From: an uncultured delta proteobacterium
Lineage (GTDB): Bacteria > Desulfobacterota > Desulfuromonadia > Geobacterales > DSM-12255
Length of the DNA stretch: 64,000 nucleotides
Direction of reading: 5' to 3'
Assembly (NCBI GenBank): GCA_963787125.1
Contig: CAWBBV010000005.1
Location: 75,831 to 139,830 of the forward strand
Below are positions 21,351 to 31,616 of this stretch, piece after piece. The notes below the pieces were generated by a model that was given only the letters and a program-made list of their open reading frames with translations, had not been told where the DNA came from and did no database searches. The position numbers were made by a program, and so were the translations under genes. How positions within the stretch are numbered: position 1 is the stretch's first letter; the number at the start of each line of letters is the position of its first letter.

Positions 21351-21367
21351 AGCAACAAACGCACCAT
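21351..21367 (-). promoter_or_regulatory. Putative sigma54 promoter of the lipoprotein gene
   Basis: TGGTGCGTTTGTTGCT = GG-N10-GC. Confidence 0.45.
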
Positions 21368-21752
21368 AAAAAATCTGCGGATATTGCGAGTGCAACGATC
21401 TGATTATAAAGGGTAAAATGGTATGGTGGGCTGCAGGGCGAAGGAAAAACTGTCAGCAATATACGGTCATATTTAACATAACTGTCATAATCGAAGGTCG
21501 CCCCCAAATGCTCTCGTGACAAGGATCCTCTGCGGTTAAAGGGGGATTGACATTGGCAGGTGACTCGGGGACGCCCTGCGGATATTCGCATTTACAGGTA
21601 TCAATCACAAACTGTGGTCGAATGTAAATATATGAATGGCTTCCTGTAAGCAAGGCAACTCAAGTAAACCGTGATCAGTACATTTCACACGATCAACCTC
21701 TCCGGCAACCCGTTAGCGCCCCCCGCACACCAAACTCCAGGCTTGGCGCCGC

Positions 21753-23591
21753 TCAGTAAAGTCCGTGCAGCGGTCCGCCAGGTGCGGCAAGCGCTTCAAC
21801 CCGGCGCACAACTGCCGGGTCCTCTACCAGAGGTGGGGCGTGATGCGCCTTGATACGGGCATCTATGACCAGTGAGCCGCTGCAGCCCCAATGTTTGCAG
21901 TCAACTGAAGCACCGACTCCGTAAATATCCGAGGCAGGGTTTGAACGGGTAAAAGTTACCCAGAGAAAGTTGTCAAGAGTCCGCGCCGTAAACTCGCTGT
22001 CATCCACCACGACAATTAACGGAAAACCAGCCAGCCCGAGGCGTCCTGCAAAAAACCGGCACAGCTCCTCCAGCTGCGGATCGACACTGTTTCTGCCGCT
22101 GGTGCAGACAGGAGCTGACAGCGCCAGTACCCCCGGCAGACAGACATACGGTTTGCCGAAGCCGTCCGGCAGGCTCAAGTCGGCAGGCAACTCGGTCGCC
22201 AGCGTCCGCCGCTTCTCCCCGGCAGCCGCAATAACCACTTTCGACCCTCTGTTCAGGCCGCTGCCGGAATAATCAAGAGTATCAACAGTCGTGGCAGTCT
22301 GAAAGTGCAGATCCCGCCGCCAATCGGCACGCTCCAGTAAAAATTGCAAGAAGGCGGCGATATCATGGATAGGGGGTGGGTTGTCATTTTGAGCCGCTAT
22401 CAACAGATACTTGGCCAGCGAGAGTTGACCCTGCCCAAGGATCGCATTTGCCTGAGTCAGCAGCTCCAGCGGCTCGCGCTCAGTTGTGTACGGCAGATAG
22501 CGCTCGCTGCCGATTGCCAGAAGGAGCGGATGTACACCGGCCGCATCAACCGCGTGAACCGCCTTGATACCCGGCAGCACCGTCGGTATCAGTTCGCCGG
22601 TCAAGTCATGAATGAAGGCGCCAAAGGAGGTATCCTCCTGAGGGGGACGGCCGACCGTGGTAAACGGCCAGATGGCGCCGTCACGATGAAAGACCTCTTC
22701 GACCCGCACAACCGGGAAATCGTGGGCCAGGCTGTAGTAACCGAGATGATCACCAAACGGCCCTTCCGGCAGGAGCTTGTCAGGATCAAGCGTCCCGGTG
22801 ATGCAGAAATCCGCCTCTGCCGGCATTGGCAGTTCGCCGCTGCGACAGACCATTGCCAGGCGATGCCCGCCCAGAAGACCGGCAAAGGAGAGCTCGGGCA
22901 TCCCCTCAGGCAAGGGCATAACAGCAGCAACCGTCATTGAAGGCGGGCCGCCGACAAAGATATTCACCTTGAGCGGTCCCCCCCCGGCAATCGCCTCGGA
23001 ATGGTGCACGCCGATGCCGCGGTGAATCTGATAGTGCAGGCCGATCTCCCGGTTCGGTTCATAACGGTTGCCGGAAAGCTGGACGCGGTACATGCCGAGG
23101 TTTGAACCTCTGAAGCCGGGCGCAGCAGGGCTCTCCGAATAAACCTGCGGCAAGGTGATGAACGCCCCGCCATCAAGGGGCCATGATTTCAACTGTGGCA
23201 GCTGATCTATGGTTGTCCGGTTGGCAAGGATCGCCCCGGTCGAGACTTTTCGGGGGAGCAGAGACAGAGCGGCCGGAATCGTCGCTGCGAGAGAAAACGG
23301 GTTTTTCAGCGCCTGGGCTGGATTGATTTTGAGTGCCACCAGCTTTTCAATAGCAGCAAGGGTGTCGCGAAAGATGAAACGGGTCCGCTCTAAAGTTCCA
23401 AAGAGATTACCGAGCATGGGGAAACGGCACCCTTTGACATTGGTGAACAGCAGCGCCGGTCCGCCCGCCGCATATACCAGGCGCTGAATGGAGCCGATCT
23501 CAAGGTCAGGATCAAGTTCTACTTCAATACGCTTCAGCATCCCATGCCGCTCAAGATCGATAACGCATTCCTGAAGATTTCTGTGACCCAT
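21753..23591 (-). CDS. UbiD family prFMN-dependent decarboxylase
   Basis: GPALLF, NLGMYR, EGPFGDHLGYY, GRPPQED, DTLDYSG; probable ATG at 23591. Confidence 0.88.
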   Translation of the reverse strand: MGHRNLQECVIDLERHGMLKRIEVELDPDLEIGSIQRLVYAAGGPALLFTNVKGCRFPMLGNLFGTLERTRFIFRDTLAAIEKLVALKINPAQALKNPFSLAATIPAALSLLPRKVSTGAILANRTTIDQLPQLKSWPLDGGAFITLPQVYSESPAAPGFRGSNLGMYRVQLSGNRYEPNREIGLHYQIHRGIGVHHSEAIAGGGPLKVNIFVGGPPSMTVAAVMPLPEGMPELSFAGLLGGHRLAMVCRSGELPMPAEADFCITGTLDPDKLLPEGPFGDHLGYYSLAHDFPVVRVEEVFHRDGAIWPFTTVGRPPQEDTSFGAFIHDLTGELIPTVLPGIKAVHAVDAAGVHPLLLAIGSERYLPYTTEREPLELLTQANAILGQGQLSLAKYLLIAAQNDNPPPIHDIAAFLQFLLERADWRRDLHFQTATTVDTLDYSGSGLNRGSKVVIAAAGEKRRTLATELPADLSLPDGFGKPYVCLPGVLALSAPVCTSGRNSVDPQLEELCRFFAGRLGLAGFPLIVVVDDSEFTARTLDNFLWVTFTRSNPASDIYGVGASVDCKHWGCSGSLVIDARIKAHHAPPLVEDPAVVRRVEALAAPGGPLHGLY

Positions 23592-23790
23592 ACTTTTAGT
23601 TCTCCGGATGCGCTTGAAATAGCCTGCCAACCCTTTCGGGGTCTTGAATATATAAATAATGCTCCTGGCTTGTCCAGTTGTTTTAAGCTGAACGCCCCTT
23701 GTAATTATTACTGACGAGATCCTTTACACAAATAGCTAGTTTGCTGATGTCACAAAAAAACTAACTGTTTTAAATCAGCTAGTTGCAATA

Positions 23791-23807
23791 TTGGTTATTA
23801 ATTTGCA
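23791..23807 (+). promoter_or_regulatory. Putative sigma54 promoter of the PEP-CTERM gene
   Basis: TTGGTTATTAATTTGCA = GG-N10-GC, with IHF-like AATCAGCTAGTTG just upstream; PEP-CTERM genes are commonly sigma54-driven. Confidence 0.5.
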
Positions 23808-23897
23808 ATATTGGCGTAAGGCCAACGAGTGCAGAAGTATATGTCAGTTCAGGTCACGGTGGTTAGACGGCAAAATTTATGGGTGGGAGATAATGTC

Positions 23898-24560
23898 ATG
23901 ACACTTGACTTAAAAAACCGGGTCAGTTTTAAGATTCCTGGCTTATGCCTGTCAATAGCTATCATAGCTTGCAGCGGCGTAGCCGCTTTTGCTTTGCCAA
24001 TCGATTATACCCTTCTCACCCAGAAGAGTTTTATCGGCAAAATCACCGACTTCAGCTACTCCGGTGCGGTGCAAAACAGTGGTGAAATCCCTGTCGGCAG
24101 TCAGGTATCCGGCACATATGCTTTGGGTTCCTATCAAAGTGAGCCAACGAATTACCTTATGGAAACTTCCTCCTCAATCCAGGGCAGGTCAAACTCATAT
24201 TCTTCCCAGACTAATTCTGCCGCTTGGCAACAGTTGTCATTTTCTGCCGACCTGAAGGATTTACATTATGCATGGCTGAATGGATTTACTACTGATCTTT
24301 TTCCCCTCTATTTTAAATCAACCACCGGTGCGGATGGCGGTACAGTCAGTTTCGATATAAAAAATTATGCTTCAGATAATTTCCTCGGCACGGGCACGCT
24401 CTATTATGAAGCCTACAGTACCGACAGTGGACTCTCCAGCTTCAACCTGGCGTTTACGGTTGAACCAGTCTCCCCAGTTCCGGAACCCGCAACCATCCTG
24501 CTTCTTGGTGTCGGCCTGGCTTGCCTCACTGTTCACGGCAGGAAAAAAATACGGAATTGA
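23898..24560 (+). CDS. PEP-CTERM sorting domain protein
   Basis: Signal peptide, Ser/Thr-rich body, C-terminal VPEPATILLLGVGLACLTVHGRKKIRN; ATG at 23898 after GGAGA. Confidence 0.9.
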   Translation: MTLDLKNRVSFKIPGLCLSIAIIACSGVAAFALPIDYTLLTQKSFIGKITDFSYSGAVQNSGEIPVGSQVSGTYALGSYQSEPTNYLMETSSSIQGRSNSYSSQTNSAAWQQLSFSADLKDLHYAWLNGFTTDLFPLYFKSTTGADGGTVSFDIKNYASDNFLGTGTLYYEAYSTDSGLSSFNLAFTVEPVSPVPEPATILLLGVGLACLTVHGRKKIRN

Positions 24561-24583
24561 ATCGGGAATATTTACACCTTCTC

Positions 24584-24619
24584 AAAAGGGCCATTCTTTT
24601 CGGATGGCCCTTTTCTTTT
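24584..24619 (+). terminator. Rho-independent terminator
   Basis: AAAAGGGCCAT...ATGGCCCTTTTCTTTT. Confidence 0.7.
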
Positions 24620-24720
24620 GACATAGTTAACAGAACAGGGTGATTATTGGTGAAAGGCTCGACTGCCGCCTTAAAAGCCATTAACCACGAACTTTTCTCG
24701 CCATAGGTACTGCGCTACTG

Positions 24721-26082
24721 ATGCAATCATCTCAAGATCTGACAGAAAAACCGGTTGGCCCGCTGATACGGCAGATTGCCCTGCCGGTCGGCATCGGCTT
24801 CTTTTTCAACACCATGTTCAACGTGGTCGATACCTGGTACGCTGGCCAGCTTTCCACCCAGGCCGTGGCCGCGGTCTCAATGTCGTTCCCGCTCTTCTTT
24901 CTCATTATTGCTGTCGGCAGCGGCATCTCCACCGGGGCTACCGCACTGATGGGGCATGCTCTCGGAGCCGGCCGGCGGGAAGAGGCCGAACTTTATGCCG
25001 CCCAGACCATCACCTTCGGGCTGCTTCATGGTCTGCTGCTGACACTTTGCGGCGTGGCGGCCACTCCGGTCATTTTCAAACTGATGGGAGCTCAGGGGGA
25101 ATTTCTTTCCCTTGCCATTGCCTACATGGGCGCCATGTTTTCCGGCTCCATCTTTTTTGTCGCCAACTACGCCCATAACGCCATCCTCAATGCCACCGGC
25201 GACACCAAAAGTTTTCGCAATTTTCTGGTGGCAGCGTTCCTGCTCAATCTTGTCTACGACCCGTGGTTTATCTTCGGTGGTTTCGGCTTACCCCCCCTCG
25301 GTCTGGCCGGCATTGCCTGGGGAACAGTAACCATTCAAGTAGTCGGCACGCTCTATCTGCACCACCGTGCCCGTCAAACCGGTCTATTGGGAAGACTTGG
25401 CTGGCAAGGCTTCAAGCCCCGCCGCAAGATGTTTATAGAACTTGTCCGTCTGGGATTCCCGTCAAGCATGACCATGCTGACTGTTGCCATAGGTATTTTC
25501 GTGATCACCTGGTACGTCAGCCGCTTCGGCCAGGAGGCTGTAGCCGCCTACGGCATTGCCACCCGCATTGAGCAGCTGGTTCTGTTACCGGTTATGGGGT
25601 TAAATGTGGCAACCCTCACCATGGTGGCCCAGAACAGCGGCGCCAGGCTCTATTCCCGGGTTGCAGCAATAATCCGCGCGGCCCTCACCACCGGCATTAT
25701 CCTTATGTCCTTTGGCACCCCACTGGTTTTTTTCGCTGCCGCCCCTCTGATGCGCTTTTTCACTGTTGACCCGCAAGTTATTGCCATCGGCAGCGACTAC
25801 CTGCGCATCGCCGCCTTTGTTCTCCACGCTTATGTGGTGCTGTACATCAACTCTTTTGCTCTGCAGGGGTTACAGCGCCCCCGTTTCGCCCTGTTTCTCG
25901 GCATTTTCCGCCAGTTTATGGCGCCGATACCGGTATTCTGGCTGCTTGCCATTGTTATGGGCTGGGGCGTGGCGGGGGTCTGGTGGGGGATCTTTGGCGT
26001 CACCTGGCTGGCAGCCGGCATGTCAATGCTCTATATCAGAAAAACAGTTCGGGAATTGCCGCCGGAAAACGCGCTTACGTGA
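24721..26082 (+). CDS. MATE family efflux transporter
   Basis: 453 aa, about 12 TM; NVVDTWYAGQL, GDTK, AAYGIATRIE. Confidence 0.9.
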   Translation: MQSSQDLTEKPVGPLIRQIALPVGIGFFFNTMFNVVDTWYAGQLSTQAVAAVSMSFPLFFLIIAVGSGISTGATALMGHALGAGRREEAELYAAQTITFGLLHGLLLTLCGVAATPVIFKLMGAQGEFLSLAIAYMGAMFSGSIFFVANYAHNAILNATGDTKSFRNFLVAAFLLNLVYDPWFIFGGFGLPPLGLAGIAWGTVTIQVVGTLYLHHRARQTGLLGRLGWQGFKPRRKMFIELVRLGFPSSMTMLTVAIGIFVITWYVSRFGQEAVAAYGIATRIEQLVLLPVMGLNVATLTMVAQNSGARLYSRVAAIIRAALTTGIILMSFGTPLVFFAAAPLMRFFTVDPQVIAIGSDYLRIAAFVLHAYVVLYINSFALQGLQRPRFALFLGIFRQFMAPIPVFWLLAIVMGWGVAGVWWGIFGVTWLAAGMSMLYIRKTVRELPPENALT

Positions 26083-26132
26083 TTGGCGGCTTTGGCGACA
26101 GCAGGTCACTGCAGCACCGTGACGCATGGCCA

Positions 26133-26894
26133 TTATTCCGCTTTGACTGCGGTAAAGAGTATCCGGCGAAAAGTAAAAAGAATTGGGCCGGCCGGCAGCT
26201 GCTGCTGCAACAGCTCCCGGTACCTGGCGAGAAAAGGCTCATGAAGCTCCTGTGGCAGCCGCTCGAAGTAAGGCACAAGCGTCGTCCCTTTTGTCCATTC
26301 AGCTATTGCAGCAGCCTCCGGCAGATAGGTCGGATAGACCTTCTCCATGACCGTGAAATCGACCGCGCCGCAACTGTGGAGCAGCCGGGCGTACTGATCG
26401 ATCTCAAGTACCGGGGAATGTCTGACCCAGCCGCCGAGCGCCGTCCGATAAGGCTCTTCTGCTGCCGCGGCAATGATGCAGGTATGGGAAGGATGGCGAT
26501 GATTTGACGGAATCTGCACAGCAAGTTGCCCGCCCGGTTTCACATGGTTCCAGAGGCAAGGAATCAGAGCCTCATGATTGTCAACCCAGTGCAGCACCGC
26601 ATGGGAAAAGAGCAGATCCCACGTGCCACTCAGTGTTTCAACATCGCCAGGGACAAATTCGACCCTGGCGACGCCGCGCTCTTGCGCTTTTGCCAGCATC
26701 TGTGGTGAGCTGTCAACCCCCGTGACACGGCTCCCCGGCAGCTTCTCTGCCAGGGCAGCTGCCAGTTCACCGGTGCCGCAGCCAAGATCAAGAACCGAGA
26801 GCCCGGAGCCGACTTTGATCAGACTGAAGAGATCATTAAACGGCGCCAGCCTGTCAGCTTTGAATTTATGATACTGCTCTGGATTCCACGACAT
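26133..26894 (-). CDS. tam: Trans-aconitate 2-methyltransferase-like SAM methyltransferase
   Basis: MSWNPEQY, LDLGCGTG, VDSSPQML, LHWV, GGQLAVQIP, FRRI. Confidence 0.8.
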   Translation of the reverse strand: MSWNPEQYHKFKADRLAPFNDLFSLIKVGSGLSVLDLGCGTGELAAALAEKLPGSRVTGVDSSPQMLAKAQERGVARVEFVPGDVETLSGTWDLLFSHAVLHWVDNHEALIPCLWNHVKPGGQLAVQIPSNHRHPSHTCIIAAAAEEPYRTALGGWVRHSPVLEIDQYARLLHSCGAVDFTVMEKVYPTYLPEAAAIAEWTKGTTLVPYFERLPQELHEPFLARYRELLQQQLPAGPILFTFRRILFTAVKAE

Positions 26895-26976
26895 AAAACC
26901 TCCACTCTATTTAGACTTGAACATCCGGAGTAACAGCCGCTATTATGCCGCAAATCTGTTAACGAGAGAAACAAAG

Positions 26977-27771
26977 ATGATTGAGCTGGTTACATATATC
27001 GGGGTTGGGATTGTTGCAGGCCTTCTGGCAGGGCTTTTGGGCGTTGGTGGCGGTATTGTCATCGTGCCGATGCTGACCTTCACTTTTGAGCTGCAGCGGC
27101 TCCCCCACGAGCATATCCAGCATCTGGCCCTGGGGACATCCCTGGCGACCATAATCTTTACTTCAGTCGCCAGCCTGCGGGCTCATCATGCCCGGGGGGG
27201 GGTAGATTGGCCGACCGTCAGAAATATTACCCCGGGGATACTCTTTGGCACCTTTACAGGGTCATGGTTCGCAGCGGCGCTGAGCGGTCATTTTCTAAAG
27301 GTATTTTTCATCATCTTCACCTTTTTCGTAGCCTGGCAGATGCTCTCCAACCGGCTGCCAAAGGCGTCGCGGCAGATACCCGGACGGTTTGGGCTTTTCG
27401 GCACAGGGAGCATCATCGGCGGCATCTCCAGCCTGGTCGGAATCGGCGGCGGGAGCATGTCCGTGCCGTTTTTAATCTGGTGCAATCTGAATGCCCGGAT
27501 AGCAATCGGCACATCTGCTGCCATAGGCTTTCCGATTGCACTTTCCGGAGCAGCCGGTTATCTGCTCAACGGACTAAAAGTTGCCGGGCTGCCAGCTCAC
27601 AGCATCGGCTACATATATCTGCCGGCCCTTGCGGGAATAGCCATTACCAGCTACTTAACGGCTCCGCTCGGCGCGAAACTGGCACACAATCTACCGATAC
27701 CGGGACTGAAAAAAGGTTTTGCGCTGCTGCTCATTGCCACCGGGCTCAAGATGCTTTACGGGCTGCTCTAA
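26977..27771 (+). CDS. TauE/SafE (TSUP) family transporter
   Basis: GLLGVGGGIVIVP, GTSLA, GIGGGS..VP, GTSAA; probable ATG at 26977. Confidence 0.88.
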   Translation: MIELVTYIGVGIVAGLLAGLLGVGGGIVIVPMLTFTFELQRLPHEHIQHLALGTSLATIIFTSVASLRAHHARGGVDWPTVRNITPGILFGTFTGSWFAAALSGHFLKVFFIIFTFFVAWQMLSNRLPKASRQIPGRFGLFGTGSIIGGISSLVGIGGGSMSVPFLIWCNLNARIAIGTSAAIGFPIALSGAAGYLLNGLKVAGLPAHSIGYIYLPALAGIAITSYLTAPLGAKLAHNLPIPGLKKGFALLLIATGLKMLYGLL

Positions 27772-28516
27772 CCCCGCCACAGGCCGGACAATCCATATTC
27801 CGCCGAACGCCAATCTCCCTGAATTTCATGGCACTGGAGTCATACGTCAAAAGCCTTCCCAGCAGCAGTTCGCCAACTCCGGTCAGATATTTTATGGCCT
27901 CTGTTGCCTGCAGCGTCCCGATAATGCCGGGGAGCACGCCTATTACTCCTGCCTTGGAACAGGCCACGGCATCAACAGCTTGCGGCGGCTCTGGAAAGAT
28001 GCAGCGGTAACAGGGTGATTCTCCCGGGATGACCGTCAGCGTCTGGCCGTTGTAGCGAAGAATGCCGCCATGGGAATAGGCCTTACCGGCAGCAACACAG
28101 GCGTCATTGATAAGAAACTTTGATTCGAAATTATCTGTAGCATCAATAATAAAGTCATACGCTGCTATCAGTGCCGCTATGTTCTGCCTGTCAACCCTGG
28201 CGGGGTATGTGGCCAAGTCAACTTCAGGATTGAGCGGTTTCAGAATGGTTATTGCCGATTCCACCTTTAACTGACCGATTCTATCCGTTGCGTGCAGCAC
28301 CTGCCGCTGCAGGTTTGAAAGCTCGACAACGTCACTGTCAGCGACTCCGATCCGGCCGACACCCGCTGCGACCAGATAAAGCAGTGCCGGGGAACCGAGT
28401 CCGCCGGCGCCGATTACCAGCACACTGCCGCCCATCAGCTTCTGCTGGCCCTCTTCACCAACCCCTTCCAGCATCAAGTGCCTGGCATAGCGCTCTTTTT
28501 GTGCGACTGTCAACAT
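27746..28516 (-). CDS. MoeB/ThiF/HesA family adenylyltransferase
   Basis: ERYARH, GAGGLGSP, SNLQRQ, TDNF, CYRC...CPAC; no rhodanese domain. Confidence 0.88.
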   Translation of the reverse strand: MLTVAQKERYARHLMLEGVGEEGQQKLMGGSVLVIGAGGLGSPALLYLVAAGVGRIGVADSDVVELSNLQRQVLHATDRIGQLKVESAITILKPLNPEVDLATYPARVDRQNIAALIAAYDFIIDATDNFESKFLINDACVAAGKAYSHGGILRYNGQTLTVIPGESPCYRCIFPEPPQAVDAVACSKAGVIGVLPGIIGTLQATEAIKYLTGVGELLLGRLLTYDSSAMKFREIGVRRNMDCPACGGVRAARKAS

Positions 28517-28529
28517 GGTGTACCTCAAT

Positions 28530-28556
28530 AAAAAAAGGGGGAGATTTCTCTCCCCC
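28530..28556 (-). terminator. Terminator after rpoH
   Basis: GGGGGAGA-GAAA-TCTCCCCC-TTTTTTT on the minus strand. Confidence 0.75.
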
Positions 28557-28581
28557 GATTGTCAGTTTACCAAACAGATCT

Positions 28582-29436
28582 TTAAACCGCTACAACATCG
28601 AGCATCAAAGGGGTCAAAAGGTTTTTCAACTTCTTTCTCGCCCCTTCTTCAATCTGTCGAACCCGTTCGCGGGAAATCGAAAAATACTCGGCGATCTCCT
28701 GGAGCGTCTGCGGCTCCTCGGCAGCAACCCGCTGTTCGATTATATAGCGCTCTTTCTCATTTAATGTTTGCAGAGCTTTGCCGATCTCACGCTGGAGAAT
28801 CACGGCTTCCTGATGATCGCCAAGCATCTCCTCCTGGTTTTTACTGCCGTCAGTAAGAGAGTCAAGCATGGTAAGCCCTTCACCGGCAACGATCTCTGCA
28901 TCAAGAGAGTATTCGCCCCGCATGCGCTGATCCATCTCGAAGACTTCCGATTCCTTGACATCAAGGGTCAAGGCTGCTTCCTGAAGGTTGTCATGACCGA
29001 GCATATTCTTGATGGCGTTTTTAGCCTGATTCAGCTTGAAGAACAGTTTTTTCTGTGCCTGCGTTGTCCCGATTTTAAGGAGACTCCAGTTGGAGATGAT
29101 GAAGTTCTGAATATACGCCCTGATCCACCAGACTGCGTAAGAGATCAGCTTGATCCCCTTATACGGATCAAACTTCCTGACAGCCATCATCAGACCGATA
29201 TTCCCCTCCTGGATCAAATCCAGCATCTTCATGCCGTAAGCACGATACTCCATGCAGACTTTGACGACAAAGCGAAGATTAGAGGTTATGAGCGTGTGAG
29301 CAGCGTCCAGATCCTTTTCATCAAAATAATTGAGGGCAAGCCTCTTCTCCTCATCGGCACTCAGGAGCGGAAATTTGCGAATCTCTGCAAGATATATGGT
29401 GAGACTGTCAGCTAATACCGGCAAATTCATTGTCAT
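28582..29436 (-). CDS. rpoH: RNA polymerase sigma-32 factor
   Basis: SNLRFVV, DLIQEGNIGLMMAV, RpoH box TTQAQKKLFFKL, SRERVRQIE; probable ATG at 29436. Confidence 0.93.
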   Translation of the reverse strand: MTMNLPVLADSLTIYLAEIRKFPLLSADEEKRLALNYFDEKDLDAAHTLITSNLRFVVKVCMEYRAYGMKMLDLIQEGNIGLMMAVRKFDPYKGIKLISYAVWWIRAYIQNFIISNWSLLKIGTTQAQKKLFFKLNQAKNAIKNMLGHDNLQEAALTLDVKESEVFEMDQRMRGEYSLDAEIVAGEGLTMLDSLTDGSKNQEEMLGDHQEAVILQREIGKALQTLNEKERYIIEQRVAAEEPQTLQEIAEYFSISRERVRQIEEGARKKLKNLLTPLMLDVVAV

Positions 29437-29468
29437 CTTGAAAGCGCCTCCTGAACAAAATACAAAAA

Positions 29469-29495
29469 TTGGCACTCCCTGAATGGGAGTGCCAA
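29469..29495. promoter_or_regulatory. CIRCE element (HrcA operator) upstream of rpoH
   Basis: TTGGCACTC-N9-GAGTGCCAA, directly downstream of a TTGAAA-N17-TATATT promoter on the minus strand. Confidence 0.9.
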
Positions 29496-29534
29496 CAATA
29501 TAACACCACTACTGATAATTTTCAAGGGGTTGTA

Positions 29535-29990
29535 TTATTTTTTCTCGTACATCAGCACCGTCATTTCAGGTCTTTTCGGTGCATAGGCGAAAGTAATTTT
29601 GGAAGACTGATCCTGCCAGCGATAGACAACCATATGTGGCGCACCGCTGCGATCAATCGTTCCCTGGCCATACAGCTTCTGCTGTTTGGCCAGGAGCTTT
29701 TCAATGCCGTTCTTGGCTACATAAACCGGATCCATGGTTACTGAAACGGCTACAAGCCTGTTTGCGACAAAGGCAAAAGTCCGCTGCTTTATTTCACCTG
29801 AAGGCTTAAGCTGCTTGTAAACGTCCTGTGTTCCAAGTTTCGCCATCTTCCCCTTGGGGTAAGCCCGGGTAACACTCTTTAATTCCGCTCCCCACGGCTG
29901 CTTACCGTAGCCGGCAAATATCTGGGCTGCAAATGCTGCGGTAGCGAATAGCAGGAGCGGCAGACAGAGCAGATAAATCAGTTTTCTCAT
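29535..29990 (-). CDS. Hypothetical exported basic protein
   Basis: Signal peptide ending AAFA; GAGG RBS. Confidence 0.7.
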   Translation of the reverse strand: MRKLIYLLCLPLLLFATAAFAAQIFAGYGKQPWGAELKSVTRAYPKGKMAKLGTQDVYKQLKPSGEIKQRTFAFVANRLVAVSVTMDPVYVAKNGIEKLLAKQQKLYGQGTIDRSGAPHMVVYRWQDQSSKITFAYAPKRPEMTVLMYEKK

Positions 29991-30151
29991 AGAATCCTCA
30001 GTATGATCATTAGGTGAACTTAGTTTTTATACTTCCTAAGATTAACCCTGTCAAGAACGATGCATAAACTGCCTCTAAATGCTTGCCGCGCAGGTCAATA
30101 ATATGCTAATTCTTCAAAGTATAAAAAAGTTTTACCAATGGAGGCTTCAGC

Positions 30152-31222
30152 ATGAATATCCGCATTCTTCCGCTCCCTGATGAGAAAAAGAAATTGAAAT
30201 ACAGCGACGAAACACAACTCGGCTTCGGCAAAATCTTTACCGACCGGATGTTCATAGCTGAATGGAAAACAGGCCAGGGGTGGGTTGATGCCCGCATCGA
30301 ACCGTATGCCCCCTTTTCCCTGGATCCAGCCTGCCTGGTGCTCCATTATGCCCAGGAAATATTCGAAGGGATGAAAGCCTATAAATGGGAAGATGGTTCC
30401 ATAGCCCTGTTTCGCCCGGAAATGAACGCCCGCAGATTCAACCTTTCCGGAGACAGAATGTGCATGCCGGAAGTCCCGGAAGAGCTGTTTCTCCAAGGGG
30501 TGGAACAGCTGGTAAAGCTTGAAAGTAACTGGATTCCATCGTCAGCCGGCACTTCGCTGTATATCCGCCCTACCATGATAGCGGTAGAACCGGTTCTCGG
30601 CGTCAAGCCGTCAGACCATTTCTATTTTTACGTCATCCTCTCGCCGGTAGGCGCCTACTATGCCGGCGGCTTCAACCCGGTAAAGATAATGGTCGAGGAC
30701 AAATATGTCCGCGCAGTTCCCGGTGGCACCGGTGAAGCCAAGACCGGCGGAAACTATGCCAGCTCCCTCAAAGCTGGGCTTGAAGCAAAAAAGAAAGGCT
30801 TCGATCAGGTTCTCTGGCTCGATGGCATGCAGCGCCGCTATATTGAAGAAGTCGGCGCCATGAACATGTTCTTCGCCTACGGCAACACGGTGGTAACCGC
30901 TCCGCTTGAGGGCTCAATTCTTAACGGCGTTACCCGCAACTCTGTCATCAGCCTGGCCGGAGAACTCGGTTTCACTGTTGAGGAGCGAAAGATCGATATT
31001 GACACGATCATGGCTGACATCGGCACCGGCATGATTACCGAGGCATTCGGCAGCGGCACCGCCGCAGTTATCACCCCGGTGGGAACTCTTTGTTACAAAG
31101 AGCAGAACGCCGTCATCGGCAGCGGCGGCGTCGGCTTCCTGACGCAGAAACTATACGACACCCTGACCGGAATTCAGACCGGGCATATTCCGGACAAATT
31201 CGGTTGGGTAAGAAAGCTTTAG
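30152..31222 (+). CDS. ilvE: Branched-chain amino acid aminotransferase
   Basis: LHYAQEIFEGMKA, LYIRP, AKTGGNY, EEVGAMN, GSGTAAVI. Confidence 0.95.
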   Translation: MNIRILPLPDEKKKLKYSDETQLGFGKIFTDRMFIAEWKTGQGWVDARIEPYAPFSLDPACLVLHYAQEIFEGMKAYKWEDGSIALFRPEMNARRFNLSGDRMCMPEVPEELFLQGVEQLVKLESNWIPSSAGTSLYIRPTMIAVEPVLGVKPSDHFYFYVILSPVGAYYAGGFNPVKIMVEDKYVRAVPGGTGEAKTGGNYASSLKAGLEAKKKGFDQVLWLDGMQRRYIEEVGAMNMFFAYGNTVVTAPLEGSILNGVTRNSVISLAGELGFTVEERKIDIDTIMADIGTGMITEAFGSGTAAVITPVGTLCYKEQNAVIGSGGVGFLTQKLYDTLTGIQTGHIPDKFGWVRKL

Positions 31223-31236
31223 CCCTGCACCTGGCC

Positions 31237-31407
31237 ATGAAACTCAAAGAAGACGAGACAAACCGCCTCTGCAGGTCGTGCCGGCGTAAGTGCAAACAGA
31301 CGGCAATGGCACTGATCGCCTCATGTCCGCAGTATTCACCGCTGCCACTTGACCTGCGCACCAGCTGGAAGCAGCCGGAGCTGCCTTTATGGGGAAAATC
31401 ACGCTGA
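31237..31407 (+). CDS. Small Cys-rich hypothetical protein (56 aa)
   Basis: MKLKEDETNRLCRSCRRKCKQ...SCPQY; C-x2-C-x3-C-x10-C; starts 14 nt after the ilvE stop. Confidence 0.5.
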   Translation: MKLKEDETNRLCRSCRRKCKQTAMALIASCPQYSPLPLDLRTSWKQPELPLWGKSR

Positions 31408-31616
31408 CACTCCCTGCAAGCCCAACGGCAACACCTGTTAACACGAGATGCAGCGGCTGCGGTCGCTGCATCTCAGCCTGTCCGCAAAAGCTTTACACTC
31501 TGGAAGTCGCCGGCTACCGAAAGCAGGCGGTAAACTTAAACCCGGCACAATGCACTCTTTGCAGAAGATGCAGCCTCTCTTGCCCTTTGGAACTCCTTCC
31601 CGACGGAGCAGTTTAA
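31389..31616 (+). CDS. 2x[4Fe-4S] ferredoxin
   Basis: CSGCGRCISACP and CTLCRRCSLSCP; start uncertain. Confidence 0.75.
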   Translation: MGKITLTLPASPTATPVNTRCSGCGRCISACPQKLYTLEVAGYRKQAVNLNPAQCTLCRRCSLSCPLELLPDGAV

